DNA of 64,000 bases from Eledone cirrhosa (lineage: Eukaryota): positions 3,720,001 through 3,784,000 of the forward strand of contig OZ024761.1 of assembly GCA_964016885.1 (NCBI GenBank), written 5' to 3'. The translations under genes and the position numbers were made by a program. This document shows positions 1 through 10,900 of the stretch, piece after piece. Within the stretch, counting starts at the first letter, position 1. The number at the start of each line of letters is the position of its first letter. A model generated the notes under the pieces. It searched no databases. It was not told the origin of the DNA and saw nothing but the letters and a program-made list of their open reading frames with translations.

Positions 1-176
1 TGAAAATACAATAGTATATATAGAGTAATGTAAATATTATGTGAGATATTATGTGAGGTAAAGCCTTTACTGTGAAAATACAATAGTATATATAGAGTAA
101 TGTAAATGTTATGTGAGGTAAAGCCTTTACCGTGAAAATACAATCGTATATATAGAGTAATGTAAATGGTAAAGGG
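1..176 (+). mobile_element. Right end of piggyBac-type MITE with internal 60-72-bp array
   Basis: Same array unit as 2405-3555, ending taaatggtaaaGGG|TTAA. Confidence 0.8.
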
Positions 177-199
177 TTAAATCATCATCATCATTATTA

Positions 200-231
<32 letters not shown>

Positions 232-267
232 CCTGCAGCTTCTTTCGTATGAAGAACTCTTGAAAAA

Positions 268-589
268 ATGTCACTGAACAAATTTATGCACCCTCGGAAT
301 CTGTACAAGAAACGGAAACCCAACTTCAAAGAACTAGCGCTGAAATATCCAGAGTTCAGGAACCATTTGGAACAGAATCTTTCTGGTAAATTAGTTCTTG
401 ATTTCAAGAATCCAGCAGCTCTTCGTTTACTCAGTACAATCCTATTGAAGGAAGACTTTGAATTAGAAGTGGACATCCCTCCCAACCGTTTGGTGCCAAC
501 CATTCCACTTCGTCTCAATTATATACATTGGATTGAAGATCTCCTCTCTTCTCACCATTCCTCTCATACAGTTCAGGGTATTGATATTG
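268..589 (+). CDS. METTL16: METTL16 coding exon 1 (acceptor cctgcag ends at 238, so an upstream 5'UTR exon probably lies outside the window)
   Basis: MSLNKFMHPRN...PNFKELALKYPEF...DFKNPAALRLL...LVPTIPLRLNYIHWIEDLL...GIDIG matches the METTL16 N-terminus; donor G|gtaagt at 590, phase 1. Confidence 0.96.
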
Positions 590-599
590 GTAAGTCTCA

Positions 600-2302
600 C
601 TATATGTCTGTCTGTGTGTGTGTCAGTCTCTGTGTGTCTGTGTGTCTATGTCTGTGTGTGTGTATGTGTGTCTGTGTGTGGGTTGATCTATGTCTGTCTG
701 TCTGTGTGTTTCTGTCTATATACGTGTCTGTGTGTGTGTGTTTCTGTCTATATGTGTGTCTGTGTGTGTGTGTTTCTGTCTATATGTGTGTCTGTGTGTG
801 TGTGTAGGTTTCTGTCTATATGTGTGTCTGTGTGTGTGTGTTTCTGTCTATATGTGTGTGTGTAGGTTTCTGTCTATATGTGTGTCTGTGTGTGTGTGTT
901 TCTGTCTGTATGTGTGTCTGTGTGTGTGTGTTTCTGTCTATATGCGTGTCTGTGTGTGTGTGTTTCTGTCTATATGTGTGTGTGTGTTTCTGTCTATATG
1001 TGTGTCTGTGTGTGTGTGTTTCTGTCTATATGCGTGTCTGTGTGTGTGTGTGTGTGTTTCTGTCTGTATGTGTGTCTGTGTGTGTGTGTTTCTGTCTATA
1101 TGTGTGTCTGTGTGTGTGTAGGTTTCTGTCTATATGTGTGTCTGTGTGTGTGTGTTTCTGTCTATATGTGTGTCTGTGTGTGTGTGTAGGTTTCTGTCTA
1201 TATGTGTGTCTGTGTGTGTGTGTAGGTTTCTGTCTATATGCCTGTGATTGTGTGTCTGTGTGTGTATATGTCTGTGTTTGTGTATGTATATCTGTGTGTT
1301 TGTCTGTGTTTGTGTTTCTGTGTGTGTGCGTGTATGTATGTGTGTGTGTGTTTATGTATATCTGTGTGTGTGTGTGTATGTATTTCTGTGTGTGTGTATG
1401 TATATCTGTGTGTGTGTTTATGTATATTTCTGTATGTGTATGTGAGTGTGTTTATGTATATATCTGTGTGTGTGTGTGTTTATGTATATCTGTGTGTATG
1501 TGTATGTATATCTGTGTGTATGTATATCTGTGTGTATGTATATCTGTGTGTGTGTGTGTGTGTGTATGTATATCTGTGTGTGTTTATGTACATCTGTGTA
1601 TATATGTGTGTGTGTGTGTTTATGTATATATATGTGTGTGTGTGTGTATGTATATCTGTGTGTGTTTCTGTATATCTGTGTGTGTGTTTATGTATATCTG
1701 TTTTTGTGTGTTTATGTATATCTGTGTGTGTGTGTTTATGTATGTGTGTGTGTGTGTCTGTTTATGTATATGTATGTGTGCATGTGTGTGTTTATGTATA
1801 TCTCTGTGTGTGTGTGTGTGTTTATGTATATTTCTGTATGTGTATGTGAGTGTGTTTATGTATATCTGTGTGTGTGTTTATGTATATCTGTGTGTGTGTA
1901 TGTATATCTGTGTGTGTATATATATCTGTGTGTGTATATGTATATCTGTGTGTGTGTGTATGTATATATGTGTATGTGTTTATGTATATATATGCGTGTG
2001 TGTATGTATATCTGTGTGTGTGTTTCTGTATATCTGTATGTATGTGTGTGTTTAGGTACATCTATGTTTTTGTGTGTTTATGTATATCTGTGTGTGTGTG
2101 TTTATGTATGTGTGTGTGTCTGTTTATGTATATGTATGTGTATGTGTTTATGTATATCTCTGTGTGTGTTTATGTATATATGTGTGTGTGTGTATGTTTA
2201 TGTAAATCAGTGTCTGTGTTTATGTATATCTATATGTGTGTGTGTGTTTATGTATATCTGTATGTGTGTGTGTATGTATATGTGTAGTATGTATGCATGT
2301 GT
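600..2302. repeat. (TG)n-based compound microsatellite in intron 1
   Basis: Degenerate tgtgtg/tgtctg/tgtata runs; source of the Cys/Val ORFs. Confidence 0.95.
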
Positions 2303-2404
2303 AACTATGGGAGGGAAAACGTGGCTTTGTTATTAAGGTATTGGTGTCACAATTGTAAGGTCGTGGGTTTGATTTTCAGCTCAGGCAGTATATTGTGTCC
2401 TTAA

Positions 2405-3555
2405 CCCTTTAGCATTTAAACCGACTGTAACAGGCCACTCATACTGATGTTAAGGTATTGCTCTCAAAATAGATAATATCAAATTTGATATGTGAGATAA
2501 CTATGTGAGGTAAAGCCTTTACTGTGAAAATACAATAGTTAATATAGAGTAATGTAAATGTTATGTGAGGTATTATGTGAGGTAAAGCCTTTACTGTGAA
2601 AATACAATAGTATATACAGAGTAATGTAAATGCTATGTGAGATATGTGAGGTAAAGCCTTTACTGTGAAAATACAATAGTATATATAGAGTAATGTAAAT
2701 GTTATGGGAGATATTATGTGAGGTAAAGCCTTTACTGTGAAAATACAATAGTATATATAGAGTAATGTAAATGTTATGTGAGGTAAAGCCTTTACTGTGA
2801 AAATACAATAGTATATATAGAGTAATGTAAATGTTATGTGAGATATGTGAGGTAAAGCCTTTACTGTGAAAATACAATAGTATATATAGAGTAATGTAAA
2901 TGTTATGGGAGATATTATGTGAGGTAAAGCCTTTACTGTGAAAATACAATAGTTAATATAGAGTAATGTAAATGGTACGTGAGATATTATGTGAAATAAA
3001 GCCTTTACTGTGAAAATACAATAGTATGTATAGAGTAATGTAAATGTTATGGGAGATATTATGTGAGGTAAAGCCTTTACTGTGAAAATACAATAGTATA
3101 TATAGAGTAATGTAAATGTTATGTGAGATATTATGTGAGGTAAAGCCTTTACTGTGAAAATACAATAGTATATATAGAGTAATGTAAATGTTATGTGAGA
3201 TATGTGAGGTAAAGCCTTTACTGTGAAAATACAATAGTATATATAGAGTAATGTAAATGTTATGGGAGATATTATGTGAGGTAAAGCCTTTACTGTGAAA
3301 ATACAATAGTTAATATAGAGTAATGTAAATGGTACGTGAGATATTATGTGAAATAAAGCCTTTACTGTGAAAATACAATAGTATGTATAGAGTAATGTAA
3401 ATGTTATATGAGATATTATGTGAGGTAAAGCCTTTACTGTGAAAATACAATAGTATATATAGAGTAATGTAAATGTTATGTGAGATATTATGTGAGGTAA
3501 AGCCTTTACTGTGAAAATTCAGTAGTATATATAGAGTAATGTAAATGCTAAAGGG
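2405..3555 (+). mobile_element. Non-autonomous piggyBac-type MITE with internal 60/69/72-bp tandem array
   Basis: TTAA|CCCTTTAGCATTTA ... TAAATGCTAAAGGG|TTAA: 14-bp perfect TIR, CCC/GGG ends, TTAA target. Confidence 0.88.
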
Positions 3556-3679
3556 TTAACAAAGATTCTTACATAAAATTATGGCGAAAGGTTTTTTTTT
3601 TTAGACGAATATAAATATTTTAGCCAAGTTCTCATGTAAAAACTCCCTATTTACTGAAAATGACATTCTTTTCACACAG

Positions 3680-3820
3680 GCACTGGGTCCTGTTGCATTT
3701 ACCCTTTACTGGGACAAAAACTCAATGGTTGGAAGTTTCTGGCCACAGAACTTGATGCGGAAAGTGCTGCCAAAGCAAGACAAAATGTAGAAAAGAACAA
3801 TTTCCAAGATTCCATAACAG
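3680..3820 (+). CDS. METTL16: METTL16 coding exon 2 (SAM-binding motif I)
   Basis: cacacag| then (G)TGSCCIYPLLGQKLNGWKFLATELDAESAAKARQNVEKNNFQDSIT; donor |gtagac; completes DIGTG; not in the ORF track. Confidence 0.95.
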
Positions 3821-4225
3821 GTAGACATCAATTGGGTTTTTTAATAGTTTTACAGATTTTTATTTGTTATTTTGTTTATGTTGTTTTATGGTGAGTGTCT
3901 TTGATTAGTTTAGTGTTTTGTCAATAAAACCGCAACGTTTCCCTGAAGTAAACAAAATAACACAAAGCAAAGAGACAAAAATAAATAAAATGAAAAAGAG
4001 TTGACGATATCTAGAGTTAATTTTACAAAGATGTGATGACGATATCATTATCATCATCATCGATTAACGTCCATCTTCCACACTAGCATGGGTTAGACGG
4101 GTCCTATTTTAAGACAAGTTGTGTTGGGTGATCGTGTCTCGCTCATATAGGGGGGTTTCTGGCTGGATGCCCTTCCTAACGATATCTAAAGAGTTAATTT
4201 TACAAAGAACTGATGATGTCTAAAG

Positions 4226-4876
4226 CAGCGGTCGCCAACCTTTTGGACCTCACAGTCCACTAAATTCATAATTTTAAATCCCGTGAATCACTAATATGAA
4301 TTTAAAAAAAAAAACATTTGTAAAATAATTTTCTACTTTTGGCACAAGGCCAGCAATTATCCCAGTGTATTACTGGTACTTTATTTTATCGACCCCGTAA
4401 GGATGAAAGGAGGTTAACTTTTAACCTCCGCAGGATTTGAACTCAGTCCGTAAAGGGACGTAACTGTGCTGCAAAGCTTGGCGTCTGACCCTCTACCAAT
4501 ACTGCTAATCCACCGCCCTATTTGTAAAATAATTGTTTCTACTTTTGGCACAAGACCAGTAATTACCCAGTGTATTATTGGTACTTTATTTTATTGACCC
4601 CATAACGATGAAAGGCAAAGTTAACCTCGGCGGGATTTGAACTCAGAATGGCAAGGGCCGTAACTCTATGCGTCAAAGCATGGCATCCGACCTATACCGA
4701 TACTGCCAATTTCATGATCAGAAAACTTACTTTTTATTAATATGAAATGCACCTATTAAATATAACAAAATTATGAATCCTTATGTAATAATAACAACAT
4801 TTTAAAAGTAAACAATGTCCAAATTTTTCTGCGGACCACCAAAATTTTCTCTCAGACCACCAGTTGCCGACCGCTG
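4226..4876. mobile_element. hAT-superfamily MITE with two nested SINEs
   Basis: TIRs CAGCGGTCGCCAAC / GTTGCCGACCGCTG; 8-bp TSD GTCTAAAG at 4218-4225 and 4877-4884. Confidence 0.9.
4330..4710 (-). mobile_element. Two tandem tRNA-derived SINE copies
   Basis: B-box GAGTTCAAATCC on the minus strand; body ctttcatccttacggggtcgataaaataaagtaccagt shared with many other copies. Confidence 0.85.
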
Positions 4877-5728
4877 GTCTAAAGAGTTAATTTTACAAAG
4901 ATGAGATGAAAGCCCAACACTGTTTACTGGTAAATAAAAGAGATAGGAAGGAGGCAGGAGAAGGTTTGAAATTGCAGTGGGACTTGAAGAGGCAAACCTT
5001 TATGTTGAGGGTGTTGCTTATCCCTGAGTATGTATGTGAACTGACTTGGTCTGTGATGACTCTCTCCAGCCTAGGGAAAATGACATTAACTGATGATGAT
5101 GATGGTGATGTTAGTCAGAAGAGGAAGCTTAGCACCCATGGCCCTTGTGCTTGGCCTCTAAAATGGAGCAGGAGGAGATGGGGGAGATAAAAAAACTGGC
5201 CTTAGAAATGTTATCTATAGAAAGGAGACCTGGCTAGAACACTTATAACATGGAGGAGGAGGACGTGGGGAGAAAATGTGGCATCAGTGGTCTTGCACAG
5301 TATTCTTGATAAATCTGGAATACCAAACTTCTCTTTCAGCCAGTAGAGAGAGAGTAAGAGAGACTCTATTTTAAAAGAGGGTCAAGCTAAATATAAGTCA
5401 GACTATCACAATAAAAACTTGTTATAGAGTTGGTGTTATTGTTAATGTTAGGTGATTGATAGGATGTTCTTTTTATTTATCACGTACATTGAGTATTTGG
5501 CTAGGGAGCACAAACATGGGTTATCTCCCCCTAGCCAAGTTGGAAGGGTTAACATAATCACAAATCAATGTAATGATGTCTGTATGACAAGGGTTGACCC
5601 TTTAAATTACTGCTATAGTCCACCTGACCCTTGGAAAAATGTGAAAAAATAATAAGCAGGGGATTGGGGGCGATTATTTGTGACCCAAAGGTAAATATCT
5701 TCCTCGTTATCTTGTTTCTATTTTCTAG

Positions 5729-5981
5729 TGAAGGACGTTAGTGAGCTGGAGGGCCTGAGGTCAGTGGTGGAAGAAACTGACCAGGTGTATGACTTCTGTA
5801 TGTGTAATCCTCCATTCTACAGCAATGAAGAGCAGACACCTGGTACCTCGCTCCTCAACAACCGACCAGAACCACACGCAGCCCCCACTGCTAGTACTGT
5901 TGAGAGGGTTACCTGGGGCGGGGAATATCGTTTTGTGAATCAACTGATACAGGACAGCCTTGTGTTGCGTAACAGAGTCAG
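5729..5981 (+). CDS. METTL16: METTL16 coding exon 3 (catalytic NPPF motif)
   Basis: ttttctag| ...YDFCMCNPPFY...RP...GGEYRFVNQLIQDSLVLRNRV; donor AG|gtaggt. Confidence 0.96.
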
Positions 5982-6672
5982 GTAGGTGTTTATGTCATAA
6001 GACAGGGGGTTGTCTATGTCATAACACGGGGGTGTCTATGTCATAAGACAGGGGGGTCTATGTCATAACACAGGTAGGTGTCTATGTCATAAGACGGGGG
6101 GGTCTATGTCAACACGGAGGTTTCTATGTCATAGCACGGGTAGGTGTCTATGTCATAAGACAGGGGGGTGTCTATGTCATAAGACGGGAGTGTCTATGTC
6201 ATAACACGGGGGTGTCTGTCATAAGACGGGGATGTCTATGTCATAACACGGGGGTGTCTATGTCATAAGACGGGGGGGGGGGTCTATGTCATAACACGGA
6301 GGTTTCTATGTCATAACACGGGTAGGTGTCTATGTCATAAGACAGGGGGTTGTCTATGTCATAACACGGGTAGGTGTCTATGTCATAAGACGGGGGGGTC
6401 TATGTCATAACACGGAGGTGTCTATGTCATAAGACAGGGGGGTGTCTATGTCATAACACGGGGGTGTCTGTCATAAGACGGGGATGTCTATGTCATAACA
6501 CGGGGGTGTCTATGTCATAAGACGGGGGGGGGGGGGTCTATGTCATAACACGGAGGTTTCTATGTCATAACACGGGTAGGTGTCTATGTCATAAGACGGG
6601 GTTGTCTATGTCATAAGACGGGAGTGTCTATGTCATAACACGGGTAGGTGTCTATGCCATAACACGGGTAGA
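5982..6672. repeat. About 21-25-bp minisatellite (gtgtctatgtcataa[g/c]acgggg) beginning at the exon 3 donor
   Basis: Direct reading. Confidence 0.93.
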
Positions 6673-6682
6673 CACCAACCTG

Positions 6683-7107
6683 TACAACACACCAGCAGGC
6701 CTGGGTATCTAACCCCACCACTACAACACACCAGCAGGCCTGGGTATCAAACCCCACCACTACAACACACCAGCAGGCCTGGGTATTAAACCCCTCCACT
6801 ACAATACACCAGCAGGCCTGGGTATCTAACTCCACCACTACAACACACCAGCAGGCCTGGCAATCAAACCCCACCACTACAACACACCAGCAGGCCTGGG
6901 TATCAAACCCCTCCACTACAACACACCAGCAAGCCTGGGTATCTAACCCCACCACTACAACACCAGCAGGCCTGGGAATCAAACCTCACCACTACAACAC
7001 ACCAGCAGGCCTGGGTATCAAACTCCTCCACTACAACACACCAGCAGGCCTGGGTATCTAACCCCACCACTACAACACACCAGCAGGCCTGGGAATCAAA
7101 CCTCACC
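6683..7107. repeat. 39-bp minisatellite, about 11 copies
   Basis: actacaacacaccagcaggcctgggtatctaaccccacc. Confidence 0.93.
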
Positions 7108-7159
7108 TCTATATAATCATGTAATTTAACAATACCTTGTATTTTTGTCTTTCTCTCAG

Positions 7160-7229
7160 AATTTACACCAGTATGGTCGGTAAAAAACAGAATATGTTGG
7201 CCCTGAAATATGAATTAAAGAATTTAAAG
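7160..7229 (+). CDS. METTL16: METTL16 coding exon 4
   Basis: ctctcag| (R)IYTSMVGKKQNMLALKYELKNLK |gtttgt; corresponds to human WYSCMLGKK; phases fit. Confidence 0.93.
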
Positions 7230-7275
7230 GTTTGTAAATCTCTTGTTTAACTGATGTTATAAAAATCTGCTTGTT

Positions 7276-7508
7276 ACCATCATAACATCACCACCACCAT
7301 CATCACCACCACCACCACCACCACCACCCTCACCATCATCATAACATCACCACCACCACCACCCTCACCACCACCACCACCACCCTCACCACCACCACCA
7401 CCCTCATAACATCACCACCATCATCATAACATCACCACCATCATCATAACATCACCACCATCATCACCACCACCACCACCATCATCACCACCACCACCAT
7501 CATCATCC
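7276..7508. repeat. (CAC/CAT)n microsatellite
   Basis: Direct reading. Confidence 0.93.
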
Positions 7509-7514
7509 TAGCCA

Positions 7515-7885
7515 CCATTGGCAGTATCGGTAGAGGGTCGGACACCATGCTTTGACGCATAGAGTTACGGCCCTTGTCATTCTGAGTTCAAATCTCGCCG
7601 AGGTTAACTTTGCCTTTCATCCTTACTTAGGGGGTCGATAAAATAAAGTACCAGTAATGCACTGGGTAATTGCTGGCCTTGTGCCTAAAGTAGAAACAAT
7701 TATTATCCAGTATCAGTAGAGGGTCGGACGCCATGCTTTCCAACAGAGTTACGTCCCTTTACGGTCTGAGTTCAAATCCCGCCGAGGTTAACTTTGCCTT
7801 TCATCCTTACGGGGTCGATAAAATAAAGTACCAGTAATGTACTGGGTATTTGCTGGCCTTGTGCCAAACGTAGAAACAATTATTA
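7515..7885 (+). mobile_element. Two tandem tRNA-derived SINE copies, inverted relative to 4330-4710
   Basis: A-box-like tggcagtatcggtag, B-box gagttcaaatc, same body. Confidence 0.85.
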
Positions 7886-7992
7886 TCATCATCATTATCA
7901 TATCATCATCACTATAATCATCATCACTATCACCTCCATCATTCACATCATCTTCCTTCTCCTCCTACATCACCACCACCATCACTCCATTC

Positions 7993-10900
7993 CACTCTCC
8001 TTCCATTGGTACACCACTCAGTCCCCACAACTCACTCTCCTTCCATTGGTACACCACTCAGTCCCCACAACTCACTCTCCTTCCATTGGTACACCACTCA
8101 GTTCCCACAACTCACTCTCCTTCCATTGGTACACCACTCAGTCCCCACAACTCACTCTCCTTCCATTGGTACACCACTCAGTCCCCACAACTCACTCTCC
8201 TTCCATTGGTACACCACTCAGTCCCCACAACTCACTCTCCTTCCATTGGTACACCACTCAGTCCCCACAACTCACTCTCCTTCCATTGGTACACCATTCA
8301 GTCCCCACAACTCAATCTCCTTCCATTGGTACACCACTCAGTCCCCACAACTCACTCTCCTTCCATTGGTACACCACTCAGTTCCCACAACTCAGTCTCC
8401 TTCCACTGGTACACCACTCAGTTCCCACAACTCACTCTCCTTCCATTGGTACACCACTCAGTCCCCACAACTCAATCTCCTTCCATTGGTACACCACTCA
8501 GTCCCCACAACTCACTCTCCTTCCATTGGTACACCACTCAGTCCCCACAACTCAATCTCCTTCCATTGGTACACCATTCAGTTCCCACAACTCAGTCTCC
8601 TTCCACTGGTACACCACTCAGTCCCCACAACTCACTCTCCTTCCATTGGTACACCACTCAGTCCCCACAACTCACTCTCCTTCCATTGGTACACCATTCA
8701 GTTCCCACAACTCAGTCTCCTTCCACTGGTACACCACTCAGTCCCCACAACTCACTCTCCTTCCATTGGTACACCACTCAGTCCCCACAACTCACTCTCC
8801 TTCCATTGGTACACCACTCAGTCCCCACAACTCACTCTCCTTCCATTGGTACACCACTCAGTCCCCACAACTCACTCTCCTTCCATTGGTACACCACTCA
8901 GTCCCCACAACTCACTCTCCTTCCATTGGTACACCACTCAGTCCCCACAACTCAATCTCCTTCCATTGGTACACCACTCAGTTCCCACAACTCACTCTCC
9001 TTCCATTGGTACACCACTCAGTCCCCACAACTCACTCTCCTTCCATTGGTACACCACTCAGTCCCCACAACTCAATCTCCTTCCATTGGTACACCACTCA
9101 GTCCCCACAACTCACTCTCCTTCCATTGGTACACCACTCAGTCCCCACAACTCACTCTCCTTCCATTGGTACACCACTCAGTCCCACAACTCACTCTCCT
9201 TCCATTGGTACACCACTCAGTCCCCACAACTCACTCTCCTTCCATTGGTACACCACTCAGTCCCCACAACTCACTCTCCTTCCATTGGTACACCACTCAG
9301 TCCCCACAACTCACTCTCCTTCCATTGGTACACCACTCAGTCCCCACAAACTCACTCTCCTTCCATTGGTACACCACTCAGTCCCCACAACTCACTCTCC
9401 TTCCATTGGTACACACACTCAGTCCCCACAACTCACTCTCCTTCCATTGGTACACCACTCAGTCCCCACAACTCACTCTCCTTCCATTGGTACACCACTC
9501 AGTCCCCACAACTCACTCTCCTTCCATTGGTACACCACTCAGTCCCCACAACTCAATCTCCTTCCATTGGTACACCACTCAGTCCCACAACTCACTCTCC
9601 TTCCATTGGTACACCACTCAGTCCCCACAACTCACTCTCCTTCCATTGGTACACCACTCAGTCCCCACAACTCAATCTCCTTCCATTGGTACACCACTCA
9701 GTCCCCACAACTCACTCTCCTTCCATTGGTACACCACTCAGTCCCCACAACTCACTCTCCTTCCATTGGTACACCACTCAGTCCCCACAACTCACTCTCC
9801 TTCCATTGGTACACCACTCAGTCCCCACAACTCACTCTCCTTCCATTGGTACACCACTCAGTCCCCACAACTCACTCTCCTTCCACTGGTACACCACTCA
9901 GTCCCCACAACTCACTCTCCTTCCATTGGTACACCACTCAGTCCCCACAACTCACTCTCCTTCCATTGGTACACCACTCAGTCCCCACAACTCACTCTCC
10001 TTCCATTGGTACACCACTCAGTCCCACAACTCAATCTCCTTCCATTGGTACACCACTCAGTCCCCACAACTCACTCTCCTTCCATTGGTACACCACTCAG
10101 TCCCCACAACTCACTCTCCTTCCATTGGTACACCACTCAGTCCCCACAACTCACTCTCCTTCCATTGGTACACCACTCAGTTCCCCACAACTCACTCTCC
10201 TTCCATTGGTACACCACTCAGTCCCCACAACTCACTCTCCTTCCATTGGTACAACCACTCAGTCCCCACAACTCACTCTCCTTCCATTGGTACACCACTC
10301 AGTTCCCACAACTCACTCTCCTTCCATTGGTACACCACTCAGTCCCCACAACTCACTCTCCTTCCATTGGTACACCACTCAGTCCCCACAACTCACTCTC
10401 CTTCCATTGGTACACCACTCAGTCCCCACAACTCACTCTCCTTCCATTGGTACACCACTCAGTTCCCACAACTCACTCTCCTTCCATTGGTACACCACTC
10501 AGTCCCCACAACTCACTCTCCTTCCATTGGTACACCACTCAGTCCCACAACTCACTCTCCTTCCATTGGTACACCACTCAGTCCCCACAACTCACTCTCC
10601 TTCCATTGGTACACCACTCAGTTCCCCACAACTCACTCTCCTTCCATTGGTACACCACTCAGTCCCCACAACTCACTCTCCTTCCATTGGTACACCACTC
10701 AGTCCCCACAACTCACTCTCCTTCCATTGGTACACCACTCAGTCCCCACAACTCACTCTCCTTCCATTGGTACACCACTCAGTCCCCACAACTCACTCTC
10801 CTTCCATTGGTACAACCACTCAGTCCCCACAACTCACTCTCCTTCCATTGGTACACCACTCAGTCCCCACAACTCACTCTCCTTCCATTGTACACCACTC

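Noticed and set aside
533-2336. Cys/Val-rich ORFs (also 51149-53615 and 61909-63158)
   Set aside because: Microsatellite or satellite translations.
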